Shown here: positions 6,085 to 15,391 of the stretch, piece by piece
How the letters are laid out: each line of letters begins with the position of its first letter
Position numbering within the stretch: the first letter of the stretch is position 1
Made by a program: the position numbers and the translations under genes
Notes under the pieces: generated by a model
What the model was told of the DNA's origin: nothing
Database searches by the model: none
The model's input: only the letters and a program-made list of their open reading frames with translations
NCBI GenBank assembly: GCA_964594375.1
Contig: CAZQMG010000003.1
Coordinates: forward strand, 1 to 36,516
Length of the DNA stretch: 36,516 bases
Direction of reading: 5' to 3'
Source: an uncultured Clostridia bacterium
Lineage (GTDB): Bacteria > Aerophobota > Aerophobia > Aerophobales > AE-B3A

Positions 6085-7851
6085 TCACTTTCTGGACAAT
6101 TCCCTTAATTCATTCAAATAGTTATAAAGAGCTACCTTCTTGTTATCAAAACCTGGAACTTTAAGGTATTCGTTGTAAGCTCTTTCGACTTGGTCAATGT
6201 CCACATCACTAATATACGAAAAAGAACGAGGTGGCTCTACTCCTGAGTATATACTTCTTTCAGTATTCACTGCAAACTTCGCAAAGTAGTATGTTGTTGT
6301 CACGAAAAGAGTAATAAGAAAAGATGTTACTACCCACTTAGCATACCGAAATAGCATATTATGTTCACGAGCAAACAGAATAGAGTCCAAAAGAAATGGG
6401 ATTGACATCAGCAAAGCCGTTTTGATTGTGAAGATTATGAAATAGTTATTTTGAAACCCTGGTTGGTTTTTTGAAATAGAATAATCCAGTAAATAATACA
6501 AAGTCATAAAAGCAAGGAACAACGTCGTACCATAAGGAATTGTATTTAAAGCTTTTTTCCTAAAAGCCAATGTAATTACTGCAACACATATAACCGGGCC
6601 TTGCGAAAAGATGAAATTATAAGAAAGAAACGAAATCAGCTGATTGTATTGAGACGTTAAAAGCATCTGATAGGTGTAGAACTGAGTATATCCATATCGA
6701 TTTTGCATAAGTAAAAGGTATGACCAAACACAACATGCAAATATGAAGATAAACCATATACGGTTGGACAAATTCCGACGCTCTCTTTCAGCAAGTAGAT
6801 GTATTAAACAAGGTATCAATATAATTGCCCAAATGCCCAACCCTCTCATTCCGAATGTTCCGGTACCAAGCCACCAATCATACCAAGAAGCTTGAAGATA
6901 GAGGTGAGCAAAAAGAATCATAAGAAGGCTTACACAAAGAAATTTCTCACGGAGCCGTTTTTTGCTAAGTATCAAAAAAAAGAGAGCAAAACATCCTAAT
7001 GCATAAAGCGGATGGTAGGCAAGCAAACCATGCCATGGATTGAATAAAACTGCTGAAAACTCCGGATGCTTCCAATCCAGACTTTTAAATGCTCCCGAGC
7101 CAAACACATAGGCAGAGCTGAAAAAAGACCCGGTCATCCACCGATTGCTCAGTCCCACTTCAATAATTCCTACCAGAACAGGAAGAATTGGAAGGAAAAC
7201 GAGCATAAAGGTCTTAATTCGGCTCCTTTTATTATGACCGGTAAAAATTAAGTAATACATGGTCCCAAAAACTGAAATACAATAGATGGCTAGCTGCAAG
7301 CGAATAATTATTAGCAACCCCGCCAACATGCCAACCAATAAAGAGTCACTCATTTTCCAGGCCTTGGTTTTGATTACCCAAAATACCATAACCGCAAAAC
7401 AGCTATAGGACAGAGATTCAGATGAATAGACTGTGGAATAAAAACCTAAGTGGGTTCCAACAAACGCAATTAAAGCACCAAAGAGCGTCAAACCAACATT
7501 CTTGTGCGATACACAATATAATGTCCCCAATAGAGCCCACCAGAATATAAGAGAAAATATCCAGCCCACAAACAATGCGCCATCAATCAGATCTTTAAAA
7601 AAAATATTGCCGATTAGAAATAACAGTCCTGGCCCAGAAGAATGTTGTGACAAAGGAACTCCCATTGGTGATAGTGTTTTTCCTGGTAGTTTGAAAATAT
7701 TGTTTTCCTTGATTGCGCTGGACCAATTAATGTACCGAAAAAAATCAGATCCACCTCTCATGCTATAATAGAAGAGAGTACAAAATAAGACAATCAAAGC
7801 GTAGGGAAGGTAGGTTTTAAATTTCTTCATAGGGTTTGAACTTATGCTCAT
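6085..7851 (-). CDS. large polytopic membrane protein of unknown family (candidate GT-C glycosyltransferase or glycan polymerase)
   Basis: 588 aa with more than 12 predicted hydrophobic helices by eye and a soluble C-terminal ~60 aa. Contains the motif NPWHGLLAYHPLY. I could not assign a family. Confidence 0.5.
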   Translation of the reverse strand: MSISSNPMKKFKTYLPYALIVLFCTLFYYSMRGGSDFFRYINWSSAIKENNIFKLPGKTLSPMGVPLSQHSSGPGLLFLIGNIFFKDLIDGALFVGWIFSLIFWWALLGTLYCVSHKNVGLTLFGALIAFVGTHLGFYSTVYSSESLSYSCFAVMVFWVIKTKAWKMSDSLLVGMLAGLLIIIRLQLAIYCISVFGTMYYLIFTGHNKRSRIKTFMLVFLPILPVLVGIIEVGLSNRWMTGSFFSSAYVFGSGAFKSLDWKHPEFSAVLFNPWHGLLAYHPLYALGCFALFFLILSKKRLREKFLCVSLLMILFAHLYLQASWYDWWLGTGTFGMRGLGIWAIILIPCLIHLLAERERRNLSNRIWFIFIFACCVWSYLLLMQNRYGYTQFYTYQMLLTSQYNQLISFLSYNFIFSQGPVICVAVITLAFRKKALNTIPYGTTLFLAFMTLYYLLDYSISKNQPGFQNNYFIIFTIKTALLMSIPFLLDSILFAREHNMLFRYAKWVVTSFLITLFVTTTYYFAKFAVNTERSIYSGVEPPRSFSYISDVDIDQVERAYNEYLKVPGFDNKKVALYNYLNELRELSRK

Positions 7852-8095
7852 ATAAACTGGCCTAATAACGCCTTCAAATCAATTGATATTAGATTTTCAC
7901 TTTTCATATTCTCATCCAAAAGCATAAATATCAACTTCTTATGTTCGTAAAAGCTCCACAAGATATTTGAGGGGGGACATAGCAGCTCCCCTGTGAATGA
8001 ACCATCAATCTATCTCAACCTCACAATCATGATACGGAACGTCTATCCTGTCCAGCGAAGAAAACAAAAAGAGAAACTCAACATCAGGGATGTTC

Positions 8096-9652
8096 CTATT
8101 TTATTCGGTATATTTTTACGATAGGGTTAGGATTGGTCGGTGAAAAAGGAGACGGATCGAACTGCTTCACCAGCTCGCCCTTTGCCTCTATATCCTCATA
8201 GTTGCGCCTGACACCTTGATACTGCCGTAAGTTAGTCGTAAAATACCTATCATACCTGCCGCTATTTACTATTATGTAGTCAAATTTGTTCCTGTACCAT
8301 TCAAAGGGATGAACTCCAATGGTATAGATATTCTCCATTTTATACCCAGAAAAATGGGGAAAGTAAAACTCATAAGCGATTCTCTTACCTCGGGGAATGT
8401 TTTCATTAATCCAGTCCTTTGCCTCTATGCGGGTTCCTTTCTGGGTCATAAGCTGGACGTAGCCAATGACTTTGATGCCGGGAAGAAAGATGAAAATGAA
8501 AACCGCTATAATGAGGGTAAAGTTTCGCCTATTCTGTGAGAAGGGAATTCTAGAAACTATCTTCATCAAAAACGCTGCCGCTATAATAGTCAGGAAAGGG
8601 ACCATAGGAAGAAAATATCGATCACCATGACGAGTAAAACTCCCCATAATGAAATAGTAGAGTAGAGGAAAACTCAGAAGTAGAACATCTTTCTTTCTAT
8701 GAGTAAATATCCCGTAGATGATCGCAATTAGGGAAAAAATAGCCAGAGGATAACCCAGGCTGTGGTTCAAAGAATGAGTAATATAATAAACCCAACTATT
8801 AACTTCTCCGGGTTGGTTTGCTGTAATTTTATTCAGGCCCCTCAGCCAACCCCCTATAGTCACAAATAAGTCACGATGATGCACAAGGGCATAAGGGGTG
8901 GCAATGAAGAAACCTGCAACAACGAGAAGAAGAACAAGAAGAACTTTTTTGTTAAAAAAGATGGAGAATAATTTTTTCTTTTCTTTGAGACCGCGAAACA
9001 AATGAGCCAAAAAAATAGGTACAATAAGAAGTACGCCAGTATATTTTGTGGCAACAGAAAATCCGGTAAAGATAGTGGCCAGTAAATAATCTTTTATCTT
9101 ACCTCTCTCGTAAACTAGATATATGAAGAAAAAAGATAAAGTAACAAAAAAAGTCATAGGGATATCCGGTCTTATCAGTCGCGAATATCTGACATGCAAT
9201 AAACTGAAACTCAAAAAGAAAGAGGCAACGAGACCAACCTTTCTAGAATACATCCTTTTACCAATAAGATAAACCAAGAGAACATTGCCCACTCCAAAAA
9301 AAACTGTAGTCATTCTTCCTACTAGATAGACTTCTCTTATAGTTAGATCATTTAAGGATTGAAGAAATCCGGTCAATAACATCCAAAAACAATAATTTCC
9401 ATAAACAAATGCCTGAATATAGAAATATAAGCTTGGCCACATAAAACTCCCCGGATCAAAATTGCGCTCCCTTAACATCCGAAGAGCCATCTTAACTGTA
9501 TAATATTCATCTAATTCATAGGGAGCAAACATAGCATGCGGTAAGTTCCAGTCAAGTCCGATAATTCTTACCAATAAAGCAACTAATAAAATTAGATACA
9601 AAATGAGCATATTTTTAGTCATCAATACCGATAAGCGATTCATTTTATTCAT
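8096..9652 (-). CDS. ArnT/PMT-family (GT39/GT83-like, PMT_2) GT-C glycosyltransferase
   Basis: 518 aa, polytopic. First-loop acidic motif LPHAMFAPYELDEYYTVKMA, and a soluble C-terminal domain of about 110 aa. Confidence 0.7.
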   Translation of the reverse strand: MNKMNRLSVLMTKNMLILYLILLVALLVRIIGLDWNLPHAMFAPYELDEYYTVKMALRMLRERNFDPGSFMWPSLYFYIQAFVYGNYCFWMLLTGFLQSLNDLTIREVYLVGRMTTVFFGVGNVLLVYLIGKRMYSRKVGLVASFFLSFSLLHVRYSRLIRPDIPMTFFVTLSFFFIYLVYERGKIKDYLLATIFTGFSVATKYTGVLLIVPIFLAHLFRGLKEKKKLFSIFFNKKVLLVLLLVVAGFFIATPYALVHHRDLFVTIGGWLRGLNKITANQPGEVNSWVYYITHSLNHSLGYPLAIFSLIAIIYGIFTHRKKDVLLLSFPLLYYFIMGSFTRHGDRYFLPMVPFLTIIAAAFLMKIVSRIPFSQNRRNFTLIIAVFIFIFLPGIKVIGYVQLMTQKGTRIEAKDWINENIPRGKRIAYEFYFPHFSGYKMENIYTIGVHPFEWYRNKFDYIIVNSGRYDRYFTTNLRQYQGVRRNYEDIEAKGELVKQFDPSPFSPTNPNPIVKIYRIK

Positions 9653-9677
9653 TCCACTATCTCTTATAACTTACTTA

Positions 9678-11141
9678 TCATTGTCCTTTTGACTTCCGTA
9701 ATCCCGAAAGAATACTCCTTGTTACCCGAACATCTTCCTCTCTTATCTCTCGAAAGATGAAAAGCAAAGCAAAATAGAGAAAAAATAAACCAATATAATA
9801 TCCAATCAAAGATATACCTGAAACGGAAAAACTACAGGCAACTATATAAATAATTGAAGAGGCCGCTAATATTCTAAATAGAGAAAGAAAACTCGTCAAG
9901 CTATGAAAACGATTATAGACATACACGCCAGCTATAAGAACGCCCAAAAAACCAGTAATAGTGGTAGCTACGGCCGCTCCAGCTAATCCATAAATAGAAA
10001 CAAGAGTCATATTTAATAGGACATTAACTAAAAGCAGAACTAAAACCATAAACAAAGAAACTCTGGGTTTGCCACTGGCAGTAATTATCGTTGTTAAAAT
10101 AATGAAAAGAGAAAGAAAGGTCAATCCAAAGATCAAGATGCTCAAGGGAGCGACGGCAGCTAAATATGCCTCTGTATATACCAGAGAAATTAGATTCTGA
10201 GAGGTAGCACTAATTATGAAAGAGCAGGGAATTAAGAAAATTAAAGTGTATCTCAGAGATTGATTTATATATTTTCTGGTAAGTTCTTCATTTCCTTTGC
10301 TGGAGGTAGATTTTGCTATGGAGGGAAATAAAGTCTCACCTAAAGCCAGGAATATAAAGTAAGGAATTTTGCTTAAAGCCACGGCCGAGGTATAAAAACC
10401 AGCTTGCGCCCTTTCTGCCAAAATAGCTTTTACAAAAAGCAAATCTAGACTTATCACCAGATTAAAGGCTAAAGAAAAAAGAATAACCGGAGCGGCAAAT
10501 TTTATGATTTTACTCATTTCGAAGTTATCCGCAATTCTAATATCGTCCCTATCTTTGGATATCCAGTAATGGCGTGCCATTATCAAAGACACCACACCCG
10601 CTATCAAATAACCACCTATTGCTCCATACAGCTCAAAACCCAGATAGACTGAAGCAAGTACCACTAATACCTTTATGACATGATAGATAATGGAAACGGT
10701 TGCCTGTTTTCCGAAGGCTTTTATTCCATTTAACAGTCCAAAGTATACTGCATATAGACTGAAGGCAGGAACGAAAAAAGCTATAAATCTAATATAGGGT
10801 ATTAAGGTAGAATCTTTTAGTAAACTGGCTATTAGGGGTGCCAGGGTAAACAAGAAAACAAAAATAAGAAGAGCAAGGATTATTTGAATCTTTATAGCCT
10901 GATTCTTTATTACGACTGCTAATTCCTTTCTTTCTGCGGTGTATTTTGAAATCGCCCGCACAGTTCCTGGCTCCACAAGAACTCTACAGATGGTCAAAAG
11001 AGATAGTATTATTCCAAAGGTTCCGTATAACTCTGGACCCAGATATCTGCCTAACCCAAAATGAATGGCATAGCTACTAATTAGAAAGACTAGCTGAGCA
11101 CTCATCAAATAAATGGTACCTTTGGCTAAAATCTTTTTCAC
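9678..11141 (-). CDS. MOP-superfamily oligosaccharide/polysaccharide flippase (Wzx-like)
   Basis: 487 aa with about 14 TM segments. The N-terminus KGTIYLMSAQLVFLISSYAIHFGLGRYLGPELYGTFGI is typical of Polysacc_synt flippases. GTG start with SD GGAG 8 nt upstream. Confidence 0.75.
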   Translation of the reverse strand: MKKILAKGTIYLMSAQLVFLISSYAIHFGLGRYLGPELYGTFGIILSLLTICRVLVEPGTVRAISKYTAERKELAVVIKNQAIKIQIILALLIFVFLFTLAPLIASLLKDSTLIPYIRFIAFFVPAFSLYAVYFGLLNGIKAFGKQATVSIIYHVIKVLVVLASVYLGFELYGAIGGYLIAGVVSLIMARHYWISKDRDDIRIADNFEMSKIIKFAAPVILFSLAFNLVISLDLLFVKAILAERAQAGFYTSAVALSKIPYFIFLALGETLFPSIAKSTSSKGNEELTRKYINQSLRYTLIFLIPCSFIISATSQNLISLVYTEAYLAAVAPLSILIFGLTFLSLFIILTTIITASGKPRVSLFMVLVLLLVNVLLNMTLVSIYGLAGAAVATTITGFLGVLIAGVYVYNRFHSLTSFLSLFRILAASSIIYIVACSFSVSGISLIGYYIGLFFLYFALLFIFREIREEDVRVTRSILSGLRKSKGQ

Positions 11142-11150
11142 CTTAAATGC

Positions 11151-11299
11151 TCCACAAATCGATATTTTATCAGAGCCCGTAAGAGAGCTGCCAGGCCATC
11201 TTTCCAGGTGACCTTTTTTCCTCCCTCATAGCAACACCCATAGTAAGTTATGAGCACCCCTACAACTATTATCTCTTTTTTAATCTCAACATTGCTAAT
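11151..11299 (-). pseudogene. internally deleted, 5'-truncated remnant of a paralog of GT2 gene 12875..13552
   Basis: Own translation: ...ISNVEIKKEIIVV|GVLITYYGCCYEGGKKVTWKDGLAALLRALIKYRFVEHLR*. The first part matches IKNVKIEKEIIVV (nt 13452..13477 region, 16-nt exact run actattatctcttttt). The second part matches VPITYFGRCYEGGKKITWKDGLMALWTLLKYRFVD (nt 12878..12993). Confidence 0.8.
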
Positions 11300-12821
11300 G
11301 TATTCGGTAAAGATAAACCGCGGCTCCCCCTGCTATTTGTTTCGTCAGCAAAGAACCCCTTTTGCCCAAGTACTCAAGGCAAAATTTTCTCTCTATATCC
11401 AAGTAATGGGAAAAGACAAGCCACACTCGAATGTCTCTCTCCAGAATCTTATCAATTTCAGAGGCGTACTCATTAATATCGTCCCGGTGTATTTTTCCCC
11501 ACACTACATTTTCATAACTGCCACGGTAATAATATTTAAACGCCTCCCCATCTGCATAATATACGTAAATCCTATCCCCAAGCTCGAGGTTCCTCTCCAG
11601 ATATTGAATCACCGGGCGTGTTTCCTCTCTTCTCACTGACTTGGCGAAACCCGCATAGATCTGACTAATCGTTGGCCAAGTAAATAATATCACCATCACA
11701 ACTAGTGCTATCAGATATTTTTTTTGATAAAGAGTAACAAGAACCCTGAACAAACCCTGGCCCACGGTAATAAAAAGTATGGGAGAGACAAATAACATAA
11801 GCCTGGTAACTCCGTAAGGATATCTATGTAGAGATGAAGCTACTAACGCCAGAAAAAGGGGAAATAGAAGGTAGAGGAGGAATCTTCGGCGATTAGTTCT
11901 TATAAAGTCGTCCACAGCCACAGGAATTAAGAGGAGAACCAACCAATGATAGGGCTGAAAAAAGTTCTTGAGAATCGTAAAGTTAGACCTCACCAGCCAG
12001 AGCAATAAATTATTACTGCTGGTGGTATCAGGATAGGACCCCCTCCAGTAGGCTATTAGCCAATCTTGAATCTGGCCTCGTATGACAAAATAGAATATTA
12101 GAATAAATATGAATCCTACGACAGCATTACTCAGCAACCATTTGGGTAAGATATTTCTCCTCCGACTGCCAATACCTTGTAGGAGAAGAACCAAGCTCAA
12201 TCCGGGAATGACAAAAGCTGCAGTATGAGAAAAACATAAGGCCAACGAGGAGAAAACCACCCAGAGACCCCAGTTTCTCAAAGTGTTCTTCGCCACTATT
12301 CTTTCAGTTAAAAACACTAAGAGGATGGCGAAGAAAACATCCCCGGAATACTGCTTAAGCTCTTTTGAATAATAGACTAAAGGATAAGAAAAGGAAAAAA
12401 GGATTAGAGTTAATAAGGCTGCTTTGCTGTCTATTCTCCGAGCCACAAGATAGATTAGTGCAAGGGAACCAATCCCAAAGAGACAGGGCAGAAGCCTTAA
12501 GGTAAACTCATTATTAGGAAAAAATTTAACTATGTAGTGGAGGGCGATGACAAAGAGTGGGGGTGCTGGGCCCATAGAAGCCCACACCTCTTTCAGGCTA
12601 CTTTGGCTTGCCCAGTTAGCAACAGAGGCTTCGTCCAGCCATAAGGATCTTCCCCCCAGATCATAGGTGCGAATCTGAGCTGCTAGCGTGATAATCAATA
12701 AAGCCAGTAATATCTGAATCTTTCTATCACCCAGCAACGTCACTATTTTTGAGAATAGAAAAGAGGGATAAATTTTATGAGTGGACGACATTTTATTTAT
12801 TTGTTTCTCCTGCAAAGACAA
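11295..12821 (-). CDS. ArnT/PMT-family (PMT_2) GT-C glycosyltransferase
   Basis: 508 aa, polytopic, with first-loop motif YDLGGRSLWLDEASVANWA and a soluble C-terminal domain. TTG start. The last few codons and the stop lie inside the GT2 remnant. Confidence 0.7.
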   Translation of the reverse strand: MSLQEKQINKMSSTHKIYPSFLFSKIVTLLGDRKIQILLALLIITLAAQIRTYDLGGRSLWLDEASVANWASQSSLKEVWASMGPAPPLFVIALHYIVKFFPNNEFTLRLLPCLFGIGSLALIYLVARRIDSKAALLTLILFSFSYPLVYYSKELKQYSGDVFFAILLVFLTERIVAKNTLRNWGLWVVFSSLALCFSHTAAFVIPGLSLVLLLQGIGSRRRNILPKWLLSNAVVGFIFILIFYFVIRGQIQDWLIAYWRGSYPDTTSSNNLLLWLVRSNFTILKNFFQPYHWLVLLLIPVAVDDFIRTNRRRFLLYLLFPLFLALVASSLHRYPYGVTRLMLFVSPILFITVGQGLFRVLVTLYQKKYLIALVVMVILFTWPTISQIYAGFAKSVRREETRPVIQYLERNLELGDRIYVYYADGEAFKYYYRGSYENVVWGKIHRDDINEYASEIDKILERDIRVWLVFSHYLDIERKFCLEYLGKRGSLLTKQIAGGAAVYLYRIH

Positions 12822-12874
12822 CTTTTACCCTTGCCAGATGTATATACTAAAAATCATATTTGACTTTGCTTATC

Positions 12875-13552
12875 TTAGTCTACAAATCTATATTTTAAGA
12901 GAGTCCATAGAGCCATGAGGCCATCTTTCCAGGTAATCTTTTTTCCTCCCTCATAACAACGCCCGAAGTAAGTTATGGGCACCTCCACAACTTTCAAATT
13001 TGCCTTTAATATTTTTGCCGTAATCTCCGGTTCAATGTCAAATCTTTTTGCCTTGATGTTTAAATCAAGAAACATAGACGCCTTAAAAGCTTTGTAGCAC
13101 GTTTCCATATCTGTTAATCTGGCTCGATAGAGAACATTGGTTACCCAGGTCAAAAATTTATTTCCAAAATAATGCCAGAAGGAGGAGAACTTGTGAACGC
13201 CAAAAAACCTTGAGCCATACACAACATCGGCACGTCCATTCTTAATGGGCTTAACTAAATTTAGATAATCTTTTGGCTCATACTCTAAATCAGCATCTTG
13301 AATGATCACCACATCGCCAGCAATGTACGTTTGCGCTGTTCTGATGGCAGCCCCCTTACCTCTATTGCGAGAGTGAAAAAGTACCTTTATTTCTTTATCC
13401 TTGATTCCTTTTAAAAGCTGCCGTGTCCCGTCAGTAGAGTAATCATCTACGACTATTATCTCTTTTTCGATTTTAACATTCTTGATACGCCGTAAAACCT
13501 CCTCAATAGTTCCTTTTTCATTAAAAACAGGCACAATAACTGAGATTTTCAT
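12875..13552 (-). CDS. soluble GT2 glycosyltransferase, DPM1-like polyprenyl-phosphate sugar synthase candidate
   Basis: 225 aa: MKISVIVPVFNE..., IIVVDDYSTDGT, IIQDADLEYEP (DxD), ADVVYGSRF. Confidence 0.75.
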   Translation of the reverse strand: MKISVIVPVFNEKGTIEEVLRRIKNVKIEKEIIVVDDYSTDGTRQLLKGIKDKEIKVLFHSRNRGKGAAIRTAQTYIAGDVVIIQDADLEYEPKDYLNLVKPIKNGRADVVYGSRFFGVHKFSSFWHYFGNKFLTWVTNVLYRARLTDMETCYKAFKASMFLDLNIKAKRFDIEPEITAKILKANLKVVEVPITYFGRCYEGGKKITWKDGLMALWTLLKYRFVD

Positions 13553-13690
13553 CTATTGTTTACCTTACTATTAAGATAATACCACTTATTATCAATGCTA
13601 TACCAGCCCTGACCACATATTTTTCATTTTTTCATTATAATTGATTAGTTCGATACCTTGTTCACACCATTATAAAGCCTCTAGTTAATT

Positions 13691-15301
13691 TCATTTAACT
13701 CGTTTGAAGATGTATATTCCATCATAAGAAAATACTATTTGATGGCTCTTCAGTAGCTTATTGAATTCCTTCTCATATTCTTCTTCGTCCAATTTATCTA
13801 TGATATAGTGGGCTCTCTCTTGGTCGAGCACTACATAATCTGCACTTTCTATATGTTGGGGAAAACAATAATATTCTTTCCGATGAGCAAGATAACTATT
13901 ATTTACCATATTTTGGGAAACTACACTGCTATTCTGAGGAATGAATCTCCTTAAGGCATCATTTAATACCCTATCCCTTTCCGTGATGACATAGGAGGTT
14001 TTGTAATAATTCCCCATCAATTTCTTCCAAAAGAGAACAGAAATAGGAGAAGGACTCAAGACAACATTATAATAAAGGGAAATGGCTAAAATAGTACAAA
14101 GAGAAGTCTTTAATAATTGATTCTTATCCAGGTTAATCTTAAGATGCTTTTTGAACCAACTTTTTAGAGACTCTTCTCTTCCATTGAAAAACTTAAGTCC
14201 GTAAATTAGAGCGATAAAGACTGGGGCTATTAGCGAAGCCGTATACTGATATTGAATCCAATAAAGATTTGGTGAACGAGAAAGCAAAGAAATGGCTAAA
14301 GCAGGAAGAGCTGGGAGAAGAGAAAGAGGAGAAAGTAAGGGAATGAGTAATAGTGGAACAAAGAGAAAAACCAGATATCCTATCTTCCACACATTTATAA
14401 TTTCTTCTACAATGATTCCAGGATGAAACAACATAGTTTTAATTATTTCAAAAACGCTGTTGCCCAGGTAGGAAAAGCTTCCCTTGACTCCTCCTCTATA
14501 ATAAGCACCACCCAATCCAGGCATTATCACATTTATCACCAGGAAAAAAAATAGTAAACTACCTATAAACAAAAGAGCACCTGATTTATACATCCTGTAG
14601 CGAACAAGTGCATAAAAACCCATCATGCTTACAGAAAGTATAAGAGGTTCTTTTAGGAACAAACCAGGAAGACAGACTAAAAGAAAAGCAATAACATTTT
14701 TTTTCTCTAAGAAGTAAAAACCCAGAAACATAAGTAAAATAATAAGATGATCAGCATGGAAATTAACAAGATTATTGTATTCTACAGGAGAGTATAAAAA
14801 ATATATAACTACGATCAATAGGGCACAATAACTACTTCTAAGCTTTTCTCTAGCAATATAGTAAAGAGGTACGGCGCTAATACCAATGGCTAAAGTTTGA
14901 AGAAGGAGTAAAGTTATAGCTGAAGGAAATAATTTATAAAAAAAAGCATAAACTCCCACGATAGGTCTGAAGTGTCCCCAGAAGAGGTAACTCAAGTCAC
15001 CGCTTTTTGCTATGTTCCATATAGCGTAATCATAAATGCCCAGATCAAAGAATGTTGTGTGAAAAGAAAGGTATTTTAATACGGACATAGTTCCAAAGAT
15101 ACTACAATAAATAAGTATTGTAATCCAAAGGAATAAAGATGAAAATTTCTCTTTTTTGATGCTTTTTTTGTAAGGATGAGATGAAAGCCTGATAAAGATA
15201 AGAAAAAACACTGAAGCAATAATTACAGGAAAGATAATATATGCGCCACCAGCCAATAAAAGAATGCCCCTACTAACCTCCCCCCCGAGCTTCTCAATCA
15301 T
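13691..15301 (-). CDS. DUF2079-family polytopic membrane protein (putative GT-C glycosyltransferase)
   Basis: 536 aa. FHTTFFDLGIYDYAIWNIAKSGD...WGHFRPIV...LLLLQTLAIG matches my memory of the DUF2079 signature. Confidence 0.7.
   Translation of the reverse strand: MIEKLGGEVSRGILLLAGGAYIIFPVIIASVFFLIFIRLSSHPYKKSIKKEKFSSLFLWITILIYCSIFGTMSVLKYLSFHTTFFDLGIYDYAIWNIAKSGDLSYLFWGHFRPIVGVYAFFYKLFPSAITLLLLQTLAIGISAVPLYYIAREKLRSSYCALLIVVIYFLYSPVEYNNLVNFHADHLIILLMFLGFYFLEKKNVIAFLLVCLPGLFLKEPLILSVSMMGFYALVRYRMYKSGALLFIGSLLFFFLVINVIMPGLGGAYYRGGVKGSFSYLGNSVFEIIKTMLFHPGIIVEEIINVWKIGYLVFLFVPLLLIPLLSPLSLLPALPALAISLLSRSPNLYWIQYQYTASLIAPVFIALIYGLKFFNGREESLKSWFKKHLKINLDKNQLLKTSLCTILAISLYYNVVLSPSPISVLFWKKLMGNYYKTSYVITERDRVLNDALRRFIPQNSSVVSQNMVNNSYLAHRKEYYCFPQHIESADYVVLDQERAHYIIDKLDEEEYEKEFNKLLKSHQIVFSYDGIYIFKRVK
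15280..15286 (-). repeat. G7 homopolymer (coding strand) in codons 5-8 of the DUF2079 gene
   Basis: atg att gag aag ctc ggg ggg gag: seven consecutive G residues 13 nt after the ATG, in an otherwise AT-rich locus. Confidence 0.9.
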
Positions 15302-15391
15302 TCCCTCTATTTCCCTCTCTTATGAAATATTTCTTCGAGACCTATCAAAAACCCTAGGCTGATTTTATGCGGGTTTTAGGAGGCAGAAATC

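Noticed and set aside
11250-11639. 129-aa plus-strand ORF
   Set aside because: It lies antisense to the ArnT-like gene's 3' end and to the GT2 relic. The composition is low-complexity and there is no SD or motif. It is a shadow ORF.
13553-13690. Internal promoter between the DUF2079 gene and the GT2 gene (two TATAAT hexamers on the minus strand, a 12-nt match tatcaatgctat to the P2 spacer)
   Set aside because: No acceptable -35 sits at 16-18 nt for either hexamer, and the GTTCA-N5-TGAAC operator is absent. TATAAT is expected by chance in AT-rich DNA.
15348-15377. AAAACCC…GGGTTTT hairpin after the GT4 gene, considered as a terminator or attenuator
   Set aside because: The stem is mostly A-U, the loop is 16 nt, and the U-run is consumed by the stem. 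It is too weak to call.
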